From Candidatus Eiseniibacteriota bacterium (GTDB lineage: Bacteria > Eisenbacteria > RBG-16-71-46 > JABDJR01): a DNA stretch of 64,000 nt. Positions within the stretch are counted from its first letter, which is position 1. Each line of letters starts with the position of its first letter. The position numbers and the translations under genes were made by a program. Of the stretch, positions 49,539 to 59,693 are shown one piece after another. Under the pieces are notes generated by a model. The model was not told where the DNA came from. It did no database searches and was given only the letters and a program-made list of their open reading frames with translations. The DNA lies in assembly GCA_963762255.1 (NCBI GenBank), contig CAVXKA010000003.1:1-64000 (forward strand), written 5' to 3'.

Positions 49539-51524
49539 ATGAACCCGGCACCCAGTTCGACCCAGGCCCCCGATGCTCACTCCCCCTCGGCGAGCCGCGC
49601 CACGGCGGCGATCTGTGTGGCCGCGGCGCTTCTCATGGCATTCTTCGCAGCGGTCCCCCTGGAACGGTTTCCACACAGCGGCGACGAGTACGCCTACCAG
49701 TACCAGGCGCGCACGTTTCTCGCCGGGCGGGCGGTGAACCCCCCCGCTCCCGACCCGGCGGCGTACGAGCAGGTCCACATCATCAGCACGCCCGAGCGCA
49801 TGTACTCCAAGTACCCGCCCGGGTGGCCCGCGGTGCTGGCTGCCGGCGAGGCGGCTCGAGTTGGGTTCCTGGTCAACCCGCTCCTCGCCGCGCTCACGCT
49901 GTGGGTCGCGTTTCGCCTCGCAAGACGAGTCGCCGGCGACACCGTCGCGCTGGCGTTTCTCCTACTTCTCGCGACCAACGGGTTCTACCTGCTCAACGGC
50001 GCCACGTTCTTCTCGCACCCGATGGTCGGATTGGCGCTCGTCCTCGGACTGGATGCACTCTACCGATACAGCGCAGCGCCCCGCTCTCGGTATGCGCTCG
50101 CCGCCGGTGCGTGCCTCGGCGCGATCCTCCTCACGAGGCCTCAGGATGCGTTGCTCGTCGGCGCGGGGTTCGCCGTCGCCGGGATCGCGCTCCTGCGGCA
50201 GGCGCCCCACTCGTCACGACTCGCCCATGGTCTATCGGCGCTGATCGGTCCGGCGCTGGCCCTCGGGGCGTTCCTTCTCTACAACCGCGCAACGACCGGC
50301 GACGCCCTGCTCTTCGGCCACATCGCCCGCAGCGCGAGCGACCGGCCGACATGGAACCCGCTTGGATCGGTGCTGTCCACGGTGAACCGGCTGCAGGAAT
50401 ACGTGGTCGTCGCTTCGGTGGGATTGGCGGCGTTTCTGCTCCGGCCTCGATCTTCCGGCTCGGCCGCCGAGCGCCCGCCGGCACGCATGCTGGCCCTCGC
50501 AGCGCTCATCGTGTTCCTCTACTGGTTGGGCTACTCGACCTACACGCAGCCCGACGGCCCGCCGCGCTTCGGCCCGCGCTACCTCTATCCCGCGCACATC
50601 CTCACGTTCTTCCTGGCTGCCACCGCACTGGTGCGGTCGCTGCGACCGGGCGCGCTGCGTCCTCTATTGCTTCTCGTCGTCGCGGCGCAGCTTGTGCAGA
50701 CCGGGGTCGTGATCGACTCCGCGCACAAGACCATCCATGCCGCCACAGGGCCGGAGCGCGCGGCGAACGTGCTCGCCAAGGCGATCGCTCCCAATCGTGC
50801 GATGGTCCTCGTCGAGGGCCCGGCGGGATCCGTGCCGACGTACGATCTCATTCGCAACGGCATCGACTACACGCACCCGGTCGTATTCGTGGGGCGAGTG
50901 CCCCAGGCGGGGGCGATGGATCGCATCCCGTATCTCTGGGACGGAGCCGGCGGGCTCCCGATGCTGCGCTCCCTCGACCCGCACGCCGACGTGCAGGCCG
51001 TGGCCCTCACCCAAACCGGGGCCACCGTCCTGCGGCCCGAACCGCAGCAGGGGTGGATCGTGACCCGCGGCTCCAACCGGTGCTCGAAGTACTTCTGGGA
51101 GTTCCCCGGATCGAGGCCCACGGATTGGTCGACGCTGGGACCCTGCGGCGAGGGCATCGTGCAGGCGGGACATCCGCCCGCGCCGGGAGAAGCCTGGGAA
51201 GATACGGGGCGCAAGTGGTTCTTCGCGGTCTTTCGGACATTCCTGGATCTGGACGAACCCGGGTCCTACGCCTTCCATCTCCGCGTCGCCGGCGCGATCC
51301 GGCTCCGCCTGGATGGCCGGACGCTTCTGGAGACGCAGGCCGCAATCGGCGATTGGGCCCCGGAGATGCGTGTGGACCTCGATCCCGGCATCCACCGGGT
51401 TGAACTCTCGTACTTCACCACGCGACGGCCGGCCCTCCTCGAGTGGTCCGCGCGCGGGCCGAGCGGCGAAGAGCTGGAATCCTGGCGCTACTCCGCGCTC
51501 CGAGCGATGGCCGGACCCCGCTGA
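49539..51524 (+). CDS. ArnT/PMT-like (GT-C) membrane glycosyltransferase with a C-terminal PA14-like domain
   Basis: SGDEYAY, SKYPPGWP, multiple TMs, FGPRY; C-terminal PGSYAF...RLRLDG...PGIHRVELSY. Confidence 0.72.
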   Translation: MNPAPSSTQAPDAHSPSASRATAAICVAAALLMAFFAAVPLERFPHSGDEYAYQYQARTFLAGRAVNPPAPDPAAYEQVHIISTPERMYSKYPPGWPAVLAAGEAARVGFLVNPLLAALTLWVAFRLARRVAGDTVALAFLLLLATNGFYLLNGATFFSHPMVGLALVLGLDALYRYSAAPRSRYALAAGACLGAILLTRPQDALLVGAGFAVAGIALLRQAPHSSRLAHGLSALIGPALALGAFLLYNRATTGDALLFGHIARSASDRPTWNPLGSVLSTVNRLQEYVVVASVGLAAFLLRPRSSGSAAERPPARMLALAALIVFLYWLGYSTYTQPDGPPRFGPRYLYPAHILTFFLAATALVRSLRPGALRPLLLLVVAAQLVQTGVVIDSAHKTIHAATGPERAANVLAKAIAPNRAMVLVEGPAGSVPTYDLIRNGIDYTHPVVFVGRVPQAGAMDRIPYLWDGAGGLPMLRSLDPHADVQAVALTQTGATVLRPEPQQGWIVTRGSNRCSKYFWEFPGSRPTDWSTLGPCGEGIVQAGHPPAPGEAWEDTGRKWFFAVFRTFLDLDEPGSYAFHLRVAGAIRLRLDGRTLLETQAAIGDWAPEMRVDLDPGIHRVELSYFTTRRPALLEWSARGPSGEELESWRYSALRAMAGPR

Positions 51525-51604
51525 CGGGAGGCCTGGAACCGGGTACAATGCCGCCCGCGGTCTCGAAGCGAGACGATCCTCCACGCCTGCACACGGGAAC
51601 GATC

Positions 51605-52255
51605 ATGAACCACTTCGAAAACCTGTTCATCGGCATCGCCGGCATGATCGGCGCCGGCAAGTCCACCCTCGCCACCTCCCTCGGCAAGCACCTCGGCATC
51701 GACGTGTACTACGAGCCGGTGGAGAACAACGAGTACCTGGAGGACTTCTACCGCGACACCAAGCGGTATTCCTTCGCCACCCAGATCTACCTCCTCAACA
51801 AGCGATTCCAGCAGCACCAGGAAATCATCTGGCGCAAGCGTCCCGCGGTGCAGGACCGCACGATCTACGAGGACTCGGTGTTCGCTAAGATGCTGGCCGA
51901 GACCGGGCTCATGGAGGAGAGGGACTACCGCACCTACGTCGAGCTGTTCCAGAACATGAGCAACTTCATGCGCAAGCCCAACGTGATCGTCTACCTGGAC
52001 GTGTCGCCGGCGCGGTCGATGGAGCGCATCAAGGCGCGGTCGCGTGGCGTGGAGAGCGGCATCACGCTCGACTACCTTCACGCTCTCCACCAGGGATACG
52101 AGGACTTCATCGCCGAGATCTCGCGCGTCATCCCGGTAATCCGCGTGGACTACGACCGGTTCGCCACCGCGGAGGAGATGACCGAGGTGATCACCCGGGA
52201 CTACCTCAAGCAGAGCTTTCTGCGCGAGGCGACGCGCTTCGATCCGGTTCGGTGA
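51605..52255 (+). CDS. Deoxynucleoside kinase
   Basis: GMIGAGKST, QIYLLNKRF, DRTIYED, RIKARSRGVE; CTGACG-N17-TACAAT upstream. Confidence 0.92.
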   Translation: MNHFENLFIGIAGMIGAGKSTLATSLGKHLGIDVYYEPVENNEYLEDFYRDTKRYSFATQIYLLNKRFQQHQEIIWRKRPAVQDRTIYEDSVFAKMLAETGLMEERDYRTYVELFQNMSNFMRKPNVIVYLDVSPARSMERIKARSRGVESGITLDYLHALHQGYEDFIAEISRVIPVIRVDYDRFATAEEMTEVITRDYLKQSFLREATRFDPVR

Positions 52256-52296
52256 CGGTGTATACTCCTGTCATCTCCCATGCGACGAGGTGGTGT

Positions 52297-52851
52297 ATGC
52301 GCTTGCTTGCTCTGGTGGTCGTGGTGGTGGTCCTTGCGGTCGTGGCGGCGCCGTGTCAGGCAGCCGGGTTCCGGATCGAGGCCGAGTCGTTCATCGATGC
52401 CAACGACCTCGGCGGCACTCAGATTGTTGTTGTTGGCTGCACCTACGCATCGGGCGGGGTGGCGGTCGGGGGGCTCGACGGCCCGGGCGAGTGGATCGAG
52501 TTCCGCCTCGAACTCTCCTCCACGACCACCTTCGTCGACTCCCTCCGCAGTGCAGGTCTCGTCGGCGAGGTCCGCCACTTCAGCGTCCTCTTCCTGAGCG
52601 GAGGCGATCCCGTCGGAGCCCCCGGCGACACCGTCACAAGCGGGCCGGGTTTAGGATTCAGTTGAAGGTACTCCAATTACGACTGGGTCCAGTCGTCCCG
52701 AGTCCACACCCTCCCCGCCGGCTCCTACTCCGTCCGCGTCACCTGCCTCGACACGAGCTCCTCGCGCGTTGATTGCCTGGACTTCTCAACCAATCCGGTG
52801 GCCGTCGAGCCCGCGACCTGGGGAAGGATCAAGACCTTCTACCTGCCCTAG
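52297..52851 (+). CDS. Secreted CBM6/35-like protein with an in-frame TGA at codon 123 (candidate selenoprotein) and C-terminal TWGxIK motif
   Basis: GAGGTGG RBS, signal peptide, RIEAESF, GEWIEF; after TGA (52663-52665) the frame reads RYSNYDWVQSSRVHTLPAGSYSVRVTCLDTSSSRVDCLDFSTNPVAVEPATWGRIKTFYLP to TAG. Confidence 0.8.
52667..52705 (+). promoter_or_regulatory. Bacterial SECIS-like hairpin
   Basis: Upper stem ACGACTG/CAGTCGT (52679-85/52690-96) closing a GGTC loop 21-24 nt after the UGA; lower stem GG(T)ACTC/GAGTCC. Confidence 0.7.
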
Positions 52852-52867
52852 CGCTCGCGCGCGGGCG

Positions 52868-53332
52868 CTACCAGCGATGGTAGGCGGGATGGCCGGGCTG
52901 CACGGAGACGAAGGTTCCCCGGCAGGTGGCGCACACGTCTCCGTCCGCCTCCACGCTCGCTTCCACCTCGGCGCGGTTCCCATCCACGGAAACAACGCGG
53001 GCCCGCAGCGTGAGCATGCGGTCGGAAGGTGTCGGCTTGCGGAGCTTGATCGCGTACTGCGCCGTCACCGTGCTCGGCAGATGGTCGAGGCCCTGCGTCT
53101 CCATGAGGCGTAGCGCCGCCGCCCAGTTGGAGTGGCAGTCCATAAGGGCGCCGATGATCCCGCCGTTGAGCGATCCAGGGAAAGCCTGATGATGCGGTTC
53201 CGGTTTCCACGTCGCCAGCAACTCCTCCCCGTGGAGGAAACTTCGAATGCGCAGCCCTTTCGGGTTGGCCGGGCCGCATCCGAAGCAGATGTTGTCGGGG
53301 GCGTAACGCTCCTGCACGCTTTGTTCGGTCAT
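52868..53332 (-). CDS. PaaI-like hotdog thioesterase
   Basis: CFGCGPANPKGL, HQAFPGSLNGGIIGALMD. Confidence 0.88.
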   Translation of the reverse strand: MTEQSVQERYAPDNICFGCGPANPKGLRIRSFLHGEELLATWKPEPHHQAFPGSLNGGIIGALMDCHSNWAAALRLMETQGLDHLPSTVTAQYAIKLRKPTPSDRMLTLRARVVSVDGNRAEVEASVEADGDVCATCRGTFVSVQPGHPAYHRW

Positions 53333-53386
53333 ACAACCTCCGGCGCACGAGTATAGTGCAGCGCGCAGGACTCGCTCAGGGCTTCC

Positions 53387-56267
53387 TCACGGAGCGGCCT
53401 CGGGGGCGCCGGGGAGCAGGAAAGAGAGGGTGGCCCCTCCGTCCTCAACGCCCTCGGCCCAGACCCTCCCCCCATGGCGGCGAACGATGCGTTGCACCAG
53501 GGCGAGGCCGATTCCGGTCCCTTCGAACTCCTCTTGAGAGTGCAGACGCTGGAAGACGCCGAAGAGTTTCTCGGCGTGGCGCATGTCGAATCCGATTCCG
53601 TTATCGCGCACGGTGTAGACCGTCCCATCTTTCTCCGCCCGAGCCCCGATCTCGATCACGCGCCGTTCCCGGGGTGCGCTGAACTTGAGTGCGTTGTCGA
53701 TGAGGTTGACCCAGACCTGTCGGATGAGGGTCGCGTCCGCCCACGCCTCGGGTATCTCTCCGAGCCGCAGTTCCACCGAGGGTTGCTCCGCCGGCGGGCA
53801 CAGCTCATGGAAGACCGAGTGGGCCAGCGTGCGCATGTCCACACGGTGCCGGTCGATCTCGTGTCGCCCAACGCGGGAAAGATCAAGCAGGCCGTCGATG
53901 AGACGCTGCATGCCGGCAGCGCTCTCGCTCACGATGCGGAGCAGCCGGCGGCCTTCCTCATCGAGCGCACCCTGGTGATCCTCGATGAGGATGCGGCTGA
54001 AGCCGTCGATGGCCCGCAGCGGGGCCCGCAGGTCATGGGAGACGGAGTAGCTGAAGGCCTCCAGCTCGTGGATGGAGGCGGCGAGTTCGGCCGTGCGCTC
54101 TTCCACGCGCCGCTCCAACTCCTGATTGAGGCGGCGGATTTCATTCTCCGCCCGCTTGCGGCGCCCGATATCGATGACGTAGGCCACCGAGCGCTCCCGC
54201 TCCGCCTCCAGGAGCGCAAACCCCAGTTGAACCCAGATCCTGCTTCCGTCTTTGCGTATGCACTCCTTCTCATAGGGGGCGCACACGCCCCGCAGCTTCG
54301 CCTGGGCGATCGCCTCATCGTCGAGCGCCAGATACTCCGGCGGGGTGATGTCCACCCACCGTATCCGCCCCTCCTCGAGGTCGGTGCGGGAATAGCCGAT
54401 GATGCGCAAGAACTCGTCGTTGGCCTCGAAGACCGAACCATGGATGTCGCCGAAAAGCATCCCAAGGGCCGAGGCACGGAAGAAGAGGTCCAGCTTCTCC
54501 TGGGCCTCATGGGCACGGCGCTCGGCGCGGTCACGCTCGGTGACATCCACCTGGAGCGTGAGGATACCGGTCACCTCGGCGCCCCGCTCCCGGAGGGGAG
54601 CCACGGTGAGAAGCACGTGGACGTCCCGCCCATCCTTGTGACGCCGAAGCTGCGGCAAGTTGATGAGAACCTCCCCACCCCATGCTCGCTCGAGCAGCTT
54701 TCGGAACGTTCCATCGTCCGCCTCCCGGACAACAGGGCAGGACTGTCCCACAACTTCCCCGGCTTCCCACCCGAACACGCGCGTCGCCGCGGGGTTCCAG
54801 AACACGACTCGGCCATCGCGGTTCAGGGTCACGATAGGGATCGGGGAAGACTCCACCATGGCCCCAAGCGCATCCGTCGTCGAGCGCAACGACTCCTCCG
54901 TCTGCCTGCGCAGGGTGATATCGCGCACCACGGAAACGATGTATTGCTCGCGGCCCTCCGCGACCAGGCGGGAACTCACTTCCACGGGGAAGTTCTCTCC
55001 GTCCCCCCGTCGGTGGGACGTCTCGAAGAGCGTCCAGCCGTGCTCGATGACGGTCTGCATCTGAATCCGACAAGCCGGTTGCTCGACTTCCGGGCAGAAA
55101 TCCTGCACCAAATTTCTCGTCATCAATCGTTCGGCGGGTTCGCCGTACAGCTCTTCCGCCCGCAGGTTGAGACGGAGGATGGTGCCCTCCAGGTCCGTGA
55201 CGAGGATGGCATCGTGCGTCTGCTCGAGTAGCCGGGTCAGCCGGGCTTCCCGCGCCCCCAGGGAAGCCGCCCGCAGGCGGCGCCGGCGCGCGCTGAGGCT
55301 CGCGGTCGTCATCGAGAAGACCATCGCCACCGCCGTCCAGGCCAGGACCGCGAGCCAGGCGACTCGAATCGGGGAGCGCAGCACTTCTTCCCGGTCGACC
55401 TTGATTACGACTTGCCATGGGACGAAAGGAAGGCGAGAGACGGCAACGAGGAGCGGCGCGCCACCGTCGTCCCTCGCCTCCGATGTGCCCTCGGGAAACG
55501 CGGCGGTGGCGGAGCCTTCCCCGGGCATCGCGCACCGCCCGGCGCGGTGTGAGCCCTGCGGAAGTGCCCCCGGGCGATAGCGAGAAATACTGCACGCTGT
55601 CCGATAGAATTCGGGCGAAGAGGAACTCCTCGCTGCGGAACGACCATGGCCGCCGGTTGAGAAACGGCGTCAGCCACCTCCGCACGTCCATCTCCGCCAG
55701 CACCCATCCCCACGGCGGTCTGCCGGTCGATGTCGACTCGGGGACGGCGAACAGGAAGACGGTCTCGCCAGATGCGTCGGCGTGAAGCCCGCTGAATGGA
55801 GCGTTCGCGTCCATGGCGCTCCGTAGGTCCTCTCGGCACCCGGGTTCCAGTTCGGCGGAAGCAGGGCTCGCGAAGCGGGGTTCTCCGGCAGAGCCGATGA
55901 GGAAGATCCGGGAAAGCCCTTGGAGGCCCCTCAGGCGGTCCAGCACCACCGCAAGGTGTTCCTCGCTCCCCTCGCCATGCAGCGGGGGCGGGGGCGCCCC
56001 CGCGAGGATCGCCTTCACGGAGGGGAAGGACGCGATAGTGGCCACGTCGCCCAGCGCATCCTCGGTGATTAGATCCACCGACTCGGAAACCGCGGCCGCA
56101 TGTTCGAGGAGCTCCTGGCGCCAGTGGGCGAGCGCGTCGGCGCGAGCGTGAGGCACGTACCATGCTGCCCCGAGCAGCGCGACCGAAGCGGGTAGGCCCA
56201 GGGCCAGCAGGAACTCCCGCAGTCCCGAGCGGCCAAGAAAAATCCATGCTCGGGCGGTTCGTTTCAT
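53387..56267 (-). CDS. Membrane sensor histidine kinase (Cache-like domain, 3 PAS); frameshift ~55530
   Basis: Two TMs flank a periplasmic domain; three PAS/PAC repeats; FSYSVSHDLRAPLR, NLIDNALKF, DNGIGF, GTGIGL. Confidence 0.85.
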
Positions 56268-56455
56268 GGTCCCGTCCTCCCCACAGGGCGGCGCACCCGC
56301 GGTCCCACACTCGCATCCACCCGGGCCGGGGGTCCCGTCCCGCTTGATTGTGACAGTCATTTTTGATCGCGGCGCGCAAGAGTGCTAGCCTATATGTTCC
56401 GGGCCGGCCCCCGGCCGGACCCGGGGATTCCCCACCTCACCACGGGGAGGGCTCC

Positions 56456-57604
56456 ATGCATGGCCACGTTTTGATCGTGGATGACGAGAAGGATCTCGCC
56501 GCCTGGATGGCCGAGGTCCTGGGCGGAGCGGGCCTGGAAGCTAATCCCGTGTCAGAGGCGACGGAGGCGATGGATCGCGTCCGGAGCGGAGGATACGACG
56601 TCGTCGTCTCGGACATCATGATGCCCGATATGGACGGGATCCAGCTTCTCTCGGCGGTCCGCGCTTTCGACCCGGATCTCCCGGTCATCCTCGTCACCGG
56701 CAAACCCACGCTCGATTCCGCGATCCAAGCCCTCGATCTGGGCGCGGTTCAGTATCTGCTCAAGCCGGTCTCGGCTGACGAACTGGAAGCGTCTGTGGCC
56801 CGCGCCTTGCGCATGCGCCTCCTGGCCAAGGTTCGCCGGGACGCACTCGGCTACATGGCGCGCCATCGGCGGGCCGGCGGCCGGCGGCTCGCCCTGTCTG
56901 CTGCGTTCGACCGCGCGATGAGCACGCTCTGGATCGCCTACCAGCCCATCCTGCGCGCCGAGGACCGATCCGTTTACGGCTATGAGGCGCTCCTGCGCAG
57001 CGAGGAGGAAGACCTCCTCCGGCCCTCACCCTTGCTCGATGCGGCCGAAAAACTCGGCAGAATACCCGAGCTTGGCCGGGTGGTGCGGAACACGGTGGCG
57101 ACGGCCATCGCGGCGGGCGCCGTGGGGGAGACGGCCTTCGTGAACATCCACGCTCTCGACCTTCTCGACGAGCACCTGGCTTCCCCGACGTCTCCCCTCT
57201 CCGCTCACGCCGGACACGTCGTCCTGGAGATCACCGAGCGGGCCTCGCTGGATGAGATCCCCAACGCGAGGGCTCGCGTGAGGGCACTGCGAGCCCTCGG
57301 GTACCGCATTGCGGTCGACGATCTCGGAGCCGGCCACGCGGGTCTGTCCAGCTTCGTCGCCCTGGAACCCGACGTCGTCAAGCTCGACGCCTCGCTGGTG
57401 CGCGGCGTCAACGCCCAGCCCATGAAGCAGAAGCTTCTCCGCTCCATGGCCGAGTTGGGCCGGGACCTGGGGATCCTCACCGTAGCCGAAGGCATTGAGA
57501 CCGCGGAGGAGTGCGACGCGGTGCGGATGCTGGGTTGCGATCTCCTTCAGGGGTTTTTCCTCGGACTTCCGGAGAGCCGACGCGCCGGAGTCGTCGCAGG
57601 CTAG
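56456..57604 (+). CDS. REC-EAL c-di-GMP phosphodiesterase
   Basis: VLIVDDE, SDIMMP; YQPI, YEALLR, FVN, LEITE, DDLGAG, KLD, AEGIE, LQGF. Confidence 0.92.
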   Translation: MHGHVLIVDDEKDLAAWMAEVLGGAGLEANPVSEATEAMDRVRSGGYDVVVSDIMMPDMDGIQLLSAVRAFDPDLPVILVTGKPTLDSAIQALDLGAVQYLLKPVSADELEASVARALRMRLLAKVRRDALGYMARHRRAGGRRLALSAAFDRAMSTLWIAYQPILRAEDRSVYGYEALLRSEEEDLLRPSPLLDAAEKLGRIPELGRVVRNTVATAIAAGAVGETAFVNIHALDLLDEHLASPTSPLSAHAGHVVLEITERASLDEIPNARARVRALRALGYRIAVDDLGAGHAGLSSFVALEPDVVKLDASLVRGVNAQPMKQKLLRSMAELGRDLGILTVAEGIETAEECDAVRMLGCDLLQGFFLGLPESRRAGVVAG

Positions 57605-59536
57605 GACGCCATCGCCTTTCGGACGGCCTGGAGCAGAGCGGTTTCGGTGAAGGGCTTGAGCAGCAGCCGCACCTCTGGCTCCAGGACTCCTCGGCGCACG
57701 AGGGCTTCGTCGGTGTATCCGGAGATGAAGAGGACTTTGACCCCGGGATAGTGACGTCGAAGGACCCGCACGAAGTCGGGGCCGCTCATCCCCGGCATGA
57801 TGACGTCGCTGATGACCAGGTCCACCATGGTCCCGTGGGCCGCCGCGACTTCGAGGGCGCCGATCCCGGTCGGTGCGACACGAACCGAGTACCCACGACC
57901 GGTGAGGAGTTCGCGGACGAGGTCACGAAGGGTATCGTCATCCTCCACGAGAAGGATGGTCTCCCCCTTCCCCGAAGGAATGTCCTCCCCCACCGTCGAT
58001 TCCGGAGGCGCTGACCGGCTCGTCCACCCTGGGGAAGCAGACCTTGAAGGTCGTGCCGATCCCCTCCCGGCTGTCGACCCAGATGTGCCCCCCGCTTTGA
58101 TTCACGATCCCATAGACGGTGGCCAGGCCGAGGCCGGTCCCCTTGCCGATCCCCTTGGTCGTGAAGAACGGCTCGAACATGTGTGCCTGGATCTCCGGGA
58201 CCATCCCGCAGCCGGTGTCCGTGATCGAGATCGAGACATAGGGTCCGGGTGCGACCTCCTCATGAGCGGCATCGTGACCGCCGAGGAGATCCACGTCCGC
58301 AAGCTCGATGGTGAGCGCGCCCCCGTCCGGCATCGCGTCCTTGGAGTTGACCGCTAGGTTCATGAGGACCTGCTCGACTTGGCCGGGATCCGCCTTGATC
58401 CTGCCCACCTGGGCCGGGCTGACCACGCTGAACAGGATGTCCTCGCCGATGAGCCGCCTCAACATCTTCTCCAGGTCGGCCACGAGGACGGAGAGGTCCA
58501 CGACCCGGGGCTCCAGGATCTGCCGCCGGCTGAACGCCAGAAGCTGGCGCGTAAGGTCCGCGGCGCGACGCGATGCTTTGAGGATCTGCTCGACCCTCTC
58601 CCGCACCTTCGGATCCTCGCTCTCCGCGCGAAGCAACAATTCGGCGTAGCCATGAATCACATTGAGCAAGTTATTGAAATCATGGGCCACGCCGCCCGCG
58701 AGCCTGCCCACCGACTCCAGCTTTTGAGCCTGAATGAGTTGCTCCTGCGTCCTCCGATGCTCGGCTTCCGCCAACTTGCGCTCGGTGATGTCCTCCTTGA
58801 TGGCCAGGAAGTGGGTGATGCGCCCGCCGGGATCCCGGATGGCGCTGATGGCCGCGCTCTCCCAGTACAATTCTCCCGACTTCTTTCGGTTCTGGAACTC
58901 CCCCCTCCATTCAAACCCCGCGGTGATCGTCTCCCACAGGTGCCGGTACTCCCCCGGCAGGGTCGTGCCGGACTTGAGGATGCGCGGGTTCTTTCCCTGC
59001 ACCTCGTTGCGCCGGTAGCCCGACACTTGCGTGAACTTCGGGTTCACGTACTCGATCTGCCCCTCGGCGTCGGTGACGATGATGGAGGCCGGACTCTGCT
59101 CGACCGCCCGCGAGAGCTTGCGCAACTCCTCCTCGACGCGGAGCTTCTGCTCCAGGATGCGCCCTCGCTCCAGGGCCCCGATCACGGCGGGGACCAGTCG
59201 AGCGATGTGCTCCTTGAGCACGTAATCGAAGGCTCCTGCCTTCATGCACTCCACCGCGGTCTCCTCGTTCATGGAGCCGGTAACGACGATGAAGGGGATG
59301 AGAGGCGCTCGCTCCTGCGCGATGCGCAGTGCGGAGAGCCCGTCGAAGGTAGGGAGCCGGAAGTCGGATAGGATGAGTTCGGGCCGAAATTCTTCAATGG
59401 CAGCGAGGAAGGCGTCTTCGGTATCCACCAGCAGCGAGACGAATTCGAACCCTCCACGCTTGAGTTCGCGCTCCATCAACTCCGCGTCGGTGGGCAGATC
59501 CTCGATGATGAGGATCCTCAGGTGCTTCGGCGTCAT
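57601..59536 (-). CDS. Hybrid sensor kinase REC-PAS-HisKA-HATPase-REC (frameshift ~58000)
   Basis: [40 protein letters not shown]; the C-terminal REC ([15 protein letters not shown]) is in the adjacent frame. Confidence 0.88.
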
Positions 59537-59693
59537 CGGTCCGCGACACGAGTCATCCGGGTCTCCTCAACCGCGGCGGGTTCCGAGTCCGGGCGCGGCA
59601 ATGCCGGCCGCGATCACGCCCCCGGGGGATGGGGGCGGCGGCAGGCCCAGCCACTGCACTCTAGCCCCCTCCCCGCGCGCGAGCAAGCCCCGC

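Noticed and set aside
38658-59536. Frameshifts in the YfhO-like gene (~39470), secretin (~41870), sensor kinase (~55530) and hybrid kinase (~58000) as programmed frameshifts or pseudogenes
   Set aside because: No slippery heptamers were seen and both halves look intact. Similar indels pervade segments A and B, so sequencing error is the simpler explanation; reads would decide.
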